A model generated the notes under the pieces. That model ran no database searches. It worked only from the letters and a program-made list of their open reading frames with translations, and was not told the origin of the DNA. 64,000 bases of DNA, taken from the NCBI GenBank assembly GCA_043228905.1, contig JBHGNT010000009.1, positions 18,290,001-18,354,000 on the forward strand. The letters run 5' to 3'. The translations under genes and the position numbers were made by a program. The DNA is from Azolla caroliniana (lineage: Eukaryota > Plantae > Polypodiophyta). Below, in pieces: positions 25,396-38,794 of the stretch. Every line of letters begins with the position of its first letter. Positions within the stretch are counted from its first letter, which is position 1.

Positions 25396-28300
25396 ATGTC
25401 GTATCCTTACCCACGATACACCGACAGCCCCGACGCGGAGTCGCACGTCCGTGCCTTCGTGTCCACCTGGCAGGCCAACCACTCAACCCAGCGCCTCTCG
25501 CCTGTCGAAATCGAGGCCTCAAAAATTGCCGAGTTTACGGTATCCCTCGATGGGCCAGCTGCGCGATGGTATTCTGGCCTTGACACAGGGGAGTTTGGCA
25601 CCTTCCACGACGTTCGCACACATTTCCTAGAACTGTTCCATCACGAGGTGCCCAAACGAGAATTGCTCCGACAGTTCTTCTCCATGCGACAAGAACCGCA
25701 CGAGACGGTCGCACAGTTCACGATCCGGTTCCGGGATCTCTACAAACAAGTGGCCGACAATGTCTCTGCACAACACATTCCGGACGCATTCCTGTCCAAC
25801 TTACGGGAGCCTCTACGAACGACTCTTGCACTTACTAATTTTGACAACCAAATGATCGAGCAAGTCATAGCGCGCGTCCTCGCCCTCGATCAGACTCAGC
25901 AAAGCAGGGCTTTCACTATGAGTTCACTGCAAAGCGCCATTCCCCAGGAGGACAATCGCTTCCGCCACGCCCTCCAATGCATAGTTTGTTCGGGATCGGG
26001 CCATCTGGCCCTCAAATGTCCTCATCGACCACAATGTCTGATTTGCCAGTCTCGATCCCACACTTTCGAACACTGCGAATACAATATGCTCAACCGCACA
26101 ACGACGGCTCCGGTTTGCCAGGTCGAGCCTCGGGATACATACTCTCGTCAGGACGAGCGCCAATCCTATCGGAACCAGGATAACCAACGACCGCAATCGC
26201 CGGATAGATGGTGTCGTAACGACGATTACTGTCGGAACGACGACCGTTACCGAAACGACAACCGACGGAGATCGGACGACCGCAATGATCGCTATCACGA
26301 TGACCAGTATCGGGCAAACGACGATTGTGATCGGAATGAAGAGGATCAGGATGACCGTTACGATCCGAGAAATTTCCGTAATGATCAGCGCAACTCTCAC
26401 TGAGGATCGCGCAATAACCGAAGGAATAACGACAACCGTCGTCGGGACCCACTGCACAATGAACCGCGCAGCTCGAACATGCCCTGGATCAACCCACAAA
26501 CACACGAGGCCGGGAATCAACCGCACCCCACGGATCGGGCTGGCACCAGCAACTCGGCAGACGTTACCTGCTTCAAGTGCAACCAACCCGGTCACTACGC
26601 TACGCAATGCCCAACAACAGATCGTGGAAAGGCTCTTGCCGTGAATAGTATTATGGCTGACGTACAAAACGTCACAACACGCAGCAAAGCCCAGGCTACC
26701 CCATGGCAAGTTCAGGACGAAGTCCGGCAAGCAGCCAAAGAATGGATGGATACGGCCAACAAAAACAATGTGGCGTGGATGCACACGGAAATGGGAGACG
26801 CGACCATCGGAGCAACACAGTCCTCGGCTCCATCCACGACAACAGAAGATGACTAGTTGTGGGACGCCCTTACCAGTTCCAGGATCTGCTTACCTCTGCA
26901 TAAACTCTTACCACTCATGCCGCGTTTTCTGGACACCTTGGCTTCACTCACAGCCAACAACCAGTCCACTGCACCACCTGTGCACCTGGCCGAGCCAGGA
27001 ACGGGTCCACCTCTCATGGATGCGCAGAATCCAGCCATAAAAATTATGATTAAAGGGAAGGACCTGCACGGGTGCATAATCGACGACGGCTCTGGCGTGA
27101 ATGTCATCAGCGAGGCTACCTGTCGTAAACTCGGCCTGAATCAATGGGAACCTTGCCCCTTTTGTCTTCGGATGGCCGACACACGATTGGTTCGCCCCAT
27201 CGGATTAATCTGCCACCTCGACTTTGCTCTAGGAGGCCACATGTTTACTATCTCGGCCGTTGTCTTACGACTTGAAGCACTGGGGGCTTACCCAATGTTA
27301 CTGGGCAGACCATGGTTGCGCACAACCAATATCAAACAACATTGGCAGCGCAACATGATCTCGTTTCGCCGAGGAAAGACCAAGGTACGGATCATAACCG
27401 AAGAACGCATAACCACGCCCCACAACACCTCGCCGTTATACGCGGAAGGGGTGCACACGCTTGACGGATTAGCCGATGATGAGGTGGACGATTTCCTAGA
27501 AGACTATCCCACTATCATACCTCTCTTCGAAATCGACGCCATGTCGGTCGTCGGCACACCTCTAGACGAGGATGAGCACGATCCCACCATTGTTGCCGAA
27601 TTACGACACGCTCGGGATGCTTTTGAACGTGAACTCGTCCTCTCCCAACACGTGAAGGCATCAACGCTCGAAACACTGAACCTCGGTTCGGACGAGACCC
27701 CTCGGACCCTACAGATTGCTAATAACTTACCAGCCGGTGAACGAGCAACCCTCATCCACTTACTCACCGATTACCAGGATGTATTCGCATGGTCTTACAC
27801 GGATATGAAGGGTTTGGACCCACAATACTACCAACACCAGATCCACCTTCTCCCGGACGCTCGGCTGGTTCAGCAAAGACGATATTGGATGAACCCCAAT
27901 TATGCGGCTAAGGTCAAGGAAGAAATAGACAAGCTCCTCCGAGTCGGGTTCATACGACCGGTAAAACGCGCCACATGGTTAAGCCCAATCTTAGTCGTCC
28001 CCAAGAAAAACGGGAAAATCCGAGTCTGTGTGGACTACCGCAAGCTTAATGCTACAACGGTCACGGATGGATTCCCTCTCCCGTTCACGGATAGTGTTCT
28101 CGACACGGTGGCAGGTCACGAATGCTACAACTTTCTAGACGGGTTTAGTGGGTACAACCAAATCAGAATGCACCCGGATGATCAAAAGAAAACAACATTT
28201 GTCACGGAATGGGGTGTTCGGTTTAAAAACAGCGTCGGCCATGTTCAAGCGCATCATCACCGAAATTTTTAACGAGTATATCCCGACGTTCATGCAAGTC

Positions 28301-30472
28301 TTTCTCGACGACTTCGCCGTATATGGACAACGACTGGAACACATGACCCAGTTACGCCTCTGTCTTGATCTATGTCGCTAGGCGCGGTTAAGTTTAAACC
28401 CGGCAAAGTGTGCATTCTTGGTCACAAGCGGCAACCTACTCGGACACATTGTCAGTCAAGAAGGTATCGCCATGGACCCGGATAAAGTACAAGCCATCCT
28501 AAAAGCCCCGGCACCCTCGAATGCAAAAGGCCTCAACCGATTTCTGGGACAAATCAGATGGCACAGCCGGATGTTACGCCACTTGGCCGATTTCGCGACA
28601 ACACTACATGCGGCAGTGCATCGACTCCCCTTTCAATGGACTTCAATCAAGGACGAGGCTTACCAAGGATTGAAATTAATGCTCTTGCATGGCCCAGTTG
28701 TACAGCCACCGAGATGGTCGGAACCTTTTCACGTCTTTGTGGACGCATCAGGTATTGCCATTGGGAGCGCACTTATGCAATGCACGCCCCCAAATTGGTA
28801 TCGGCCAGTGTATTATGCTAGCCGACGTCTCTCGGCCATGGAAAAGAACTATTCAACCACCGAATGGGAGGCCCTCGGTATGATCTACAACATCAGTAAA
28901 TTTCGGCATTACCTCTTAGGCCGAAAATTCACCTTTCACGTCGATCACTCGGCCCTCCTCTACTTGGTTAATAAACAAGCCCTGACAGGTCGACTAGCTC
29001 AATGGATGCTCCTATTACAAGAGTTTGATTTTCATATATAGCATCGACCCGGAGTTCAACACGCCATCGCCGATTACCTAAGCCGCCTCGAGTCCGGAGA
29101 CCCTACTGAGCCCACGTATGACGATCTACCCGACGCCGGCTTATTTCATCTCGCAACACTAACCGACGTCAAAGAAGATGAATGGATCACGGAGATGACC
29201 CATTTCCTTAGTACTGGCTTGCCTCCCGATCACATGGCCCTCGATGTACGGAAACGACTCGCAGTACGTAGCCGCAACTTTTGTCTAGTTTCCGACATCC
29301 TCTATCACAAAGGCTCGGACGGAATATGGTGTTGGACCATTCGACAATTCGAGAAGAAGGCCATCCTCCAAGAGGCCCACCTCGGAATCGTCGGCGAACA
29401 CTACGATGGAGAGTCCACGGCAAGGAAAGTATGGCAGAGTGGGTTATGGTGGCCTACAACGAAAAAGGATGCCCACGAGTTTTGCCGACAATGTGACTTG
29501 TGCCAACGGTTGGGACAACCGATGGAACAAGCTCGAATGCCACACCAACCCATTCTTCCATTGGAATCATTTCAAAAATGGGGGTTAGATTTTGTGGGAC
29601 CCTTCAAACCGGTTGCGGCCCGAACCGGTAATAAGTATATCATCGTCGCCACGGACTACTGCACAAATGGGTCGAGGCAAAGGCTTTACGAGACAACACG
29701 GCAGCATCCATGGCCAAATTCGTGTACGAACATCTTTGGTGCCGTTATGGATGTCCAATTGAGCTCGTTGATGACCACAGTGGGCACTTTATAAACCATA
29801 TAATACGCGAGCTTACGACTCACTATGCAGTGGTACATAAGAAAAGCACACCATACTACCCGCAGGCAAACGGATTGGCAGAATCGACTAACAAAATTCT
29901 CCAAACAATCCTGAAGAAGATTGTCAACGAGAACCGCACCGATTGGGATGACAAGTTCCAGAGTGCACTATGGGCTTACTGCACGACATTCAAAACGAGC
30001 ATTCAATCCACCCCCTTTCGGATGGCTTTTGGTCTAAAAGCTGTTCTGCCCATCGAGTTCCAAGTCTCGAGTCTCCGAGTGCAAGTTAAAGCACGCCTAC
30101 CCGAGGCCCAATCCGAACAATTGAGGCCGGAACAACTCCTTGAACTTGGCGAGGACCGAGTAGTGAGCATGGCCCAACTTGAACAACGCCAACGCCAACG
30201 GAAAGCCTTTGTGGACCGACATCGGAAGGGATTTGAACAAGAACTGACCATAGGCAAACCGGTTCTCGTTTTCCAGACATGACTCGGTGCTATGCCAAGA
30301 AAGTTACGATTTCGATGGACCGGCCCATTCTGGATTATTGACGAGTTTAACGGCACGTTCTAGCTCGACACCCTCACCAGGGAAATAGTCAAAAGCTGGG
30401 TGAATGGATTCCAACTACGACCATACCAGGGAAATACCCCAGCCAACCCTTTCGCCGAGTCTCACGGCACGG
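25396..30472 (+). pseudogene. Element A gag-pol (gag with CCHC knuckles, protease, RT, RNase H, integrase), disrupted
   Basis: CFKCNQPGHYATQC, IIDDGSGVN, RVCVDYRKLN, FLDGFSGYNQI, VFLDDF, VDASG and WGLDFVGP...YYPQANGLAE, with several stops and frameshifts. The C-terminal codons probably resume at 50792. Confidence 0.92.
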
Positions 30473-33400
30473 TGTCGCGTTATTACGCGCGTGCGTGGAG
30501 AACGAGGCGGGACCACCGAGGTCTTGGGCCGAGAAATAGCTGAGAAGGAGGAGAACGGAAAGGCAACGAACGCTCTTGCACACGCACAGACACGGGAGCA
30601 CACAGGAATCACAGTCCAACAACACAGCAGAATGAGACGACTAGAAGTCCGGGTACCTCAATGCGTATGTATATAAATAAATATATATATCAAAACGGTT
30701 ACAACTAATAGGCCAGCGAGGCGAACACCGATGCCTGTTCACTCACACGCAGACAAAAGAGCGAGATGGAGACTCTGCCGGAAGCACACGGGCGTTCCAC
30801 TGAGCAGAGTCAGCCTCTCGAAAACCTGCACAAAATGGCTATGGAGAGTGGCAGAGGGGAAGAGCTCCGTCTCAGTCCGGCAACACTTCCTCCTCTCTAA
30901 CACACGATACCTCTCTCATCCCTCTCCCTCTCTTTTATAGCCCAAGGAGGGAGGCCGTTATCATCCGTTACATCATATTAATTCTCTGTCCTTTCGGACA
31001 GAGATACAACTCGATTCTCTCCCTATTGAATGTGTGTTACCTAGGATTTCACCTCAGCCGATTTGTACCTACCTACTTGCTATACAATGAAAAGTGTGCT
31101 CGCGTGTAAGTGCCGGTTTACACATGCTAAACTCATTCTCCGCATAGGAACGGTTTTCTTCGCGACATCCGCCCCCACCTAACCGCGCATCCATCGGTAT
31201 GCGCCAAAATTGGGCTCTTGCTGGAGAAAACCGGCCCATGCTTTACTCCTCGTCTTCTAGTTCGTCATCCGCCTCGCCCGTCGTCGCCGTCCATGCTTTC
31301 CAGATCCGACTTGCACTCGTGTCGTTTCTTAAACGCTTTGACCCTCTTCCTCTCTACCGGTATTGTCACCCTCGTACCGTCGAGCTCTGCAAGATGGTAG
31401 GTCCCGTTGTCGTTGGCGCCTGTCACTACGTAAGGCCCGAACCACCTCCTTGCAAACTTCTGCGTGGCTCTATGCTGGTTGTCGAGGCTGCTATCATACA
31501 CTAGGACTCAGTCGCCTTCCTCGATTTTCTTCGGTCGCAATCGGTGAGTCCGGTCAAACCGCCCTTTGTTCTTCAACCTTGCCAACCGAAGCTTCTCCGC
31601 AGCTCGTTCCACGTCCTCCGGCCTTCGCTCGAGTTGTCGAATCCGTGCCGCTACCAGCTCCTCTTGGCTCATCTCATCTCTCCAGTCCACCGTGGCCCAT
31701 GAGGAGATGGTTTGCTTTGTTGGCATGATCGGCCTCTGTCCGTACATAAGCTCTGCCGACATGAACCCGGTTACCGAACTGTGCGTAGTTCGGTCCACCC
31801 ATAGTGCGTAAGGAAGGAGCCGCGGCCAATTCCCGACCTGTCCTCCGCATGCATGCACCAACGCCTTTACGATCGGCCCGTGCCCACTCTCGACCTTCCC
31901 GTTCGCCTTCGGATTGTACGCCGTAGTGAGGGAGAGTTTGACCCCTAGCCGGTCGAACAACTTCTCAGCTTCCTGCGCATCCAGCTCTCCCCGGTCCGCC
32001 ACGATCCTCCCGACGCACCCGTACCGACACACTACCTCTTCGATCAGGAACCGGCATACCGCCGCGGTTGTCTTGTTCTGTGGTGCACGACCTTCCACCT
32101 GGTTCGTTAAGTCTTCCCACGCAAGCACCAGGTAACGCATCTGTCCTACCCCCATCAGCATCGTCACCAAATCCACCGTCCATTTGAAGTGGACGGTCGG
32201 AGGGTAGGTCGGGTGAAGCTCGTCCCGGTGTCAGACTATGGAGTGCATTTGGCAGCTTTCGCAAGTCGTCACGAACCGATGCACGTCTCGGTACAGTCCC
32301 GACCACCAGTATTTCCCCTTTAGCTTCTCGAACGTGGCCTATGTTCCGCGGTGTCCGGCCCAGGGACTCTCGTGGTAGGCCTCCGACAACTCCTCCTGTT
32401 CCTCCGTCTTCGCCACCACTCGGAGCGGGATGCCGTCCCTCTTCTTCGGGTGCTTCCATATGTACCCGTTCCAAAGGAAGAATCGGTACACTTTATTCCG
32501 GATCCGGTTGGTCTCTTCCTTTGTCCACGCCGCTTCCGGTGTCATTGTTTTCAGGAGCCCGCCGATATGGAGCCACTCCCCGTCATACTTGCTCTCGACG
32601 AATTCGTTAAGCATCGGAGTGCTCCCCTTTCTGGTCGTCACGTATGCCGCCTCGAAGAAATCTACTCCGACTTCCTCGTCCTCCGTAACCATGTCGTCCT
32701 CGTCTTCGAAACTCGCCCTTGAGAGCATGTCGGCCATGGCATTGTCTTTTCCGGAAATGTGTCGTATCTCTGGATTCAGGGACTTGATGTACGCTATCCA
32801 CCAGAGCATTGCCAGGTCCGACGTCGCGCATCCGGAAACCATGTCGAGAATCGGCAGGCAGTTCGTCTCGATTATTACCTCTGTCCCAATCAGGTAGTCT
32901 TTATCGACCTTCACCGCTGAAATGATACCCCAGAGTTCGCGTTTAACCTGGGCGTATCCTTGCTGTCGCTCACTGATGACCTTCGCGCCGAACCAGATGG
33001 GGAACCTCGTGCCAACGTCATCCTCTTGATTGATCACCCACTCGATCCCGGTCGGGCTCGTGTCCACCGTCACGTAGATGGGGACGCCCTTGCCGTAAGA
33101 CGCTTTACGGAGAGCCGATACTACCGTAAGTGCCTGCTTTAGTCTCCGGACCGACTCCGTGTGCTCCGTTCTCCACTCGGACGTACGCCACTTCTTCAAT
33201 AGCCCGTAGAGCGGCTCCGCAACATGTGCGTAGTGTGGAATCCAGATGTGGTAGAACGCGCACGCCCCCAAGAATCTGCAGACCTCCATAACCGACCCGC
33301 AGTCGTCCTTCAACGCGGAGATGGCTTCCTACCGTAAGGCCCGCACAGATGTCCGACCACCAAGATCTCTGACTGCCCGAACGCCGATTTTTCTCCAGAG

Positions 33401-34076
33401 AAGGTGAGTCGTGCGCTCTCGAGCCTCTGTAGCACCTGTCATGATATGGCAAGACTCGAACCCATGACCTTATGCTACATGAATCGAGCTCTTACCATTA
33501 GACTATGAATTGTAATTTGTAGAATATTATTTTTATTTATACTTTATCATAGAAAATTGATGTATATTCCAGATCTCTCTGGATGATATGGCAAGACTCG
33601 AACCCATGACCTTATGCTACATGAATCGAGCTCTTACCATTAGACTATGAATTGTAATTTGTAGAATATTGTTTTTATTTATACTTTATCATAGAAAATT
33701 GATGTATATTCCAGATCTCTTTGGAACATTCTAGAAGCTTCAGGATTATTCCTAAAAACACTATAAAAGGAGGCACAAGGCATTGTTTTGAACCAAATTG
33801 GTTCAACACCAGTCTTAAGCCTCTTAGCCGATTGGAACTTATCTTTCATATAATATAAGAGTTGCTGTCATCATCCTATCTCTCTCTCTCCTCTTCTCAC
33901 TTCCTCTCTCTCGGGAATCTTACGCAGTCCCGTCCTCTTAGTACTAATAGTACTACTGTTCTTAGTACTAATTCCATCTCTGCTTTAGTACTATTCCTGA
34001 CAGTTTGAACCAATTTTCCTCTTTCCTCTAGCCTACTTGTTGTTCTCCCTTATCCTCCTACCCTTTTCCCTCTACT

Positions 34077-35234
34077 ATGGCTACTGTTAGCGCCCAAGAA
34101 TATCAATCCGTTTTCTCCGAGTTGAAGTGCCTAAAAGAAAAGTTTGTTGCCCTGGAACAAGAAAACCAACGGCTGATAGGGGATCTGCAACAAATCGCTC
34201 TAGAAAAGCAACAAACGCAGCAACAACATGGGGAGTTAGCGTTACGGGTGCAACAACTCGAAGCGGCATTGCAACAACAAGGATCAAATCCCCAAGGATT
34301 TCATAAAGAGCCGAAGATTGGACTTCCTGTGAAATTTGATGGAACGCGATCACAATTTAGGGGATTCCTTAATCAGGTACGATTAGTCCTCCAAATGCAT
34401 CCTTCCTGATACCCCACTGATGTATCCCGAGTCGGCTTAATAGGCACGTTGCTTAGTGGCTCGGCCTTAGCATGGTTCGCTCCGCTTCTAGAAAAACAAT
34501 CGCCCTTGCTTAATAACTTTGAAGATTTTATTAGTGAGTTCAAAGCCTGCTTTGGAGACACCGACAACATCAGGACGACGATCAACAAGATCCGGCGATT
34601 GCGTCAAGGCGATTGTCCAGCCTCTGCCTACGCGGCGGATTTCCGCCTACTCGCTTCCAACATACCCTGGGATGATCAAGCACTAATGGAGCAGTTTCGC
34701 TATGGCCTGCGAAATGATGTCAAAGATCTACTTCTAACCTTCCCCGAAGAACCAAAGTCTCTTACGGAGGTAATCAGTCGAGTGGTCCGATGTGACAACC
34801 GCCTCTTCGAACGGCGTTCAGAACGTCAATTACAGATACCACGCGCTAGGCTGGAGCCCACTTATGCCGCAGTCGCGGCTAGACCGTTTGCACGAGACAT
34901 ACCTCAAGCAAATACTTCGACACCGATGGAGATCGATACCATGCGTCGACGTGGCCCGTTATCGGAAGAAGAAAAGCAACGACGACGTGCAAATCGATTA
35001 TGTCTTTATTGTGGTGGACCAGGGCATATCGCAATCAATTGTCCCCATAGGCCAAGAAGACAGGTAAATCAAATTGTAGCATGTACTAAACCCGAGTCAA
35101 TTCTTCCCTTAGGAGTGTCTGATAGTATTAATAGTACTAATAGAGTGTTTGATAGTATTCATAATACTAATAGCCTAAGTATCTCAAATAAATTTGAATT
35201 CCTTAGTCAATTAGATGAAGAGTTAAACGATTGA
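34077..35234 (+). pseudogene. Element C gag (PEG10/Retrotrans_gag-like, CCHC), one internal stop at 34407
   Basis: KFDGTRSQFRGF, LRQG...YAADFR, PMEID, CLYCGGPGHIAINC. Confidence 0.9.
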
Positions 35235-38200
35235 GTCCAACCAAAATAGGAGCCGTTTGGTTGGACAACAGCCCTAGATCTGTACAGCCCATTAGTGGTT
35301 CCATTCCTTCCAAGCAAGTTAGCAATGTGTTCCTAGCCCAAGTCATTGTTAGTACTAAAAGTACTCCCCCAGTACCCGTGCTAGCACTTTTAGATTCCGG
35401 AGCTAATTCCTGTTTCATGGATCGAAATTTTGCCCAAGCTTCTCAGATATCCTTAAGAAAACTTCCTTGTCCCGCATCTGTAGTAGTCATTGATGGTCGT
35501 CCCATTGCTTCCGGTAATATTGTAGAAGAATCAGAACCCATTCAAGTTGTCCTAGGTAGTTTTGTGTGTGTAATATCATTTAATATAATTAGTAGTCCAA
35601 AGCATCCCATTGTCCTAGGATTACCTTGGTTTGAATTACATAATCCAGCCATAGATTGGAGAACAAGAGAAGTCCGATATCGACCACCCCAAGAATCAAC
35701 TCACCAAGTTTTGACCATTTCACTCCATCAACTACACGAAGAAGGACCCAAGGAGGCAATGTTCCTATTTGCAATATCAGTACATCCTTCCAGCACTATT
35801 AAGAAGGACTCCTCAGTACAACTTCCAGCAAAATATCATCCTTATGCGGATGTATTTGACAAGGTAAAAGCCGGTACCCTTCCTCATCACCGTCCTTATG
35901 ACTGTCCCATCGATTTACAACCAGGAACCGAGCCACCATGGGGACCAATTTACAACTTGTCACCCACCGAGTTAGAAGTCCTTCGAGCCTACATAGAGGA
36001 GAACTTGGCAAGCTGGTTCATCCGCCATTCGAAATCTCCGGCCGGTGCACCCATCTTCTTTGTCAAGAAGAAAGATGGCTCACTTTGTCTTGTCGTTGAT
36101 TACCGCGGATTGAATAAAGTCACCATCCGGAATAGGTATGCACTTCCTCTTATATCAAGTCTTTTAGAGCGAGTTAATGGTGCCAAGTTTTTTACTAAAA
36201 TCGACCTACGAGGAGCGTATAACCTCGTGCGGATCCGACCGGGAGATGAGTGGAACACCGCCTTTCGCACGCGGTATGGGCATTTCGAGTATACTGTTAT
36301 GCCGTTTGGCCTAACCAATGCACCCACAGTCTTCCAACACATGGCAAATGATATATTCAGAGACCTCTTGGATATCTGTTTGATCATTTATCTGGATGAT
36401 ATATTGATTTATTCGAAGACCCAGGAAGAGCACGATTCTCATGTACTATTAGTACTAAAGCGACTCCACGAGAATGGTCTTTATGCCAAGCTAGAAAAAT
36501 GTAGCTTTGACTGCAAGCAAGTGGAATTTCTAGGCTACGTCATCTCCTCAAAGGGCATCGCCATGGATCCAGCTAAAATCCAAACTGTACTAGAGTGGCA
36601 AATTCCACGGCCGGTACGAGATGTACAATGTTTTCTAGGTTTTGCTAACTTCTACCGTAAGTTTATACAAGATTACTCGAAGATTATTTTACCTCTCACA
36701 CAACTTACGAAGAAGGGCCAAGCATTTCTTTGGTCCATAGAAGCAAATATGGCTTTTCGGCATCTTAAGAAAGCCTTTACATCAGCACCGATTCTAGCTC
36801 ATGTGGATACAAGCAAACCATTCATCATGGAGGCCGACACATCAGATTTCGCCCTCGGTAGCATCCTTTCTCAACAAGGCGATAAAGAAGAGTTGCATCC
36901 GGTGGCTTTCCATTCACGCAAATTCGATGTCGCAGAAATCAACTACGAAATACATGACAAGGAGTTATTAGCCATCGTGGATTCATTTGTACAATGGCGG
37001 CATTTCTTAGAGGGCTCTCCACATCAGGTCATTGTCTTTAGCGATCATAAAAATCTTGCTTATTTTCAGAACGCTCGCGTACTAAATTGACGGCAAGCTC
37101 GGTGGGCGCAATTCCTCACGTGTTTCGACTTCAAAATCACATATCGACCGGGGAAGCAGCAAGGAAAAGCAGATGCACTATCACGACATTCATATCTTGC
37201 ACCTCGTCCTGGTGACGCAACATTTGATAATCAAAAGCAAGTAATCTTGGGACCAACACGATTGCACACGACACGGATTTTTCACACCCCGATGGATTCA
37301 CGGATTACCGATGACATACGTGCAACCTTGAAGACGGATAGTTTTACTCAAGACATCCTGGCGCACATTGATACTTCTCGGGCATCCTGTTCTCAGTCTC
37401 AACAACCAGGTATTGACTACCGACAATTCGAATATCATGATGGTTTGTTATTCTTTAAAAAGCGCGTATATGTCCCCGATTGCTCCCGTCGCCTTCAAAT
37501 CGTCCAACATTGTCACGACACCCATACGGCAGGACATTTCGGTAGTACTAAGACGTTGGAGCTAGTGCAGCGATCTTTTTGGTGGCCCCACATGCGCCGT
37601 TTTGTCGACGACTACGTTCGGACCTGTGATGCTTGCTGCTGAGCAAAGATGCCACGACACCATCCATATGGCTTGTTGGAACCCTTACCGATTCCAAGTA
37701 AGCCGTGGCAGTCTATTTGTCTTGATTTTATCACAGATCTGCCAGTCTCGAAGGGGTTCGATGCTATCCTAACCGTCGTCGATCGATATACGAAGATGGC
37801 ACATTTTGTGCCATGTACTAAAGCCATCACTAGCGAGGAAACCGCCGCTCTTGTTATGCGTGAGGTATTTCGGCATCATGGCCTCCCAGACAGTATTATC
37901 AGTGACCGAGGCCTGCAATTTGTCTCCAAATTTTGGCAGCATCTCTTCAAGATGCTCAAGGTCTCCTGCAACCTCTCCTCTGGCTACCATCCTCAGACCG
38001 ACGGGCAGGCGGAACGAACAAACCAAACGTTGGAGCAATATCTCCGGTGTTTCCTGAGTTATCAACAGGACGATTGGGCCGAGATTCTCCACTTTGCGGA
38101 GTTTGCGTATAATAATGCTATTCACTCCTCGACTCGGGTCTCCCCATTTTTCGCTTATACCAGTTTCCATCCTCGCTGGTCGGTGATTGACACTCCGAAG

Positions 38201-38794
38201 CTACCTACCAACCCTCGTGCCGAGGATCATTTGGAGAGGCTACGCAAGATCTAGATGGATCTCTCTACTCACCTTCGTCATGCTCAACACACACAGAAGA
38301 CTTATGCGGATCGTCATCGGATTCCCTCCTCTTTTGCCATCGGAGATCGAGTATGGCTCTTACGTCGTCATATCAAGACTACTCGACCGTGCGACAAGTT
38401 GGATTATCGACGACTCGGTCCCTTCCGTATTACGGGTAAGATTAATGATGTCACCTTCCACCTTGATCTCCCTCCGCAGCTTCAGATACATCCGGTTTTC
38501 CATTGTTCTCTTCTTGAACCTTATAAAGCAAACACCATTCCCGATCATATGACACCACCGCTGGAGTTGGACGCCGGCCCAGAGTATGAAGTTGATGCCA
38601 TCCTCGATTCCAAACTTGTTCGCAACAAACTTTATTACTTGGTCGATTGGCTCGGTTATAGTCCGAGCGAACGTACTTGGGAACCCGTCGAGCATGTTGC
38701 CAATGCACAGGATCTTCTTGCTGATTTCCACCGAAAGTATCCGGATAAACCCGGTCCGCAATTAGCGCCGACTCGTTCCACTCGTCGTCTTTAA
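35231..38794 (+). pseudogene. Element C pol: PR-RT-RNase H-integrase-chromodomain, in-frame stops at 37088, 37640, 38252
   Basis: LLDSGA, YLDDILIYS, EADTSDFALG, GHFG...CDAC, YHPQTDGQAER, GPF and the chromodomain EYEVDAILDSK...YYLVDWLGYSPSERTWEP. Confidence 0.93.

Noticed and set aside
25924-26784. 286-aa antisense ORF and the many other antisense ORFs within the TE nest
   Set aside because: They are shadows of GC-rich gag/pol coding strands with no independent motifs.
26401-26856. Programmed stop-codon readthrough in element A gag-pol
   Set aside because: The TGA and TAG are simple C-to-T derivatives in a copy with many other lesions, so they cannot be distinguished from decay.
33441-33512. 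Functional tRNA gene in the LTR
   Set aside because: Only boxes A/B and their spacing are tRNA-like. No acceptor or anticodon stem is present.
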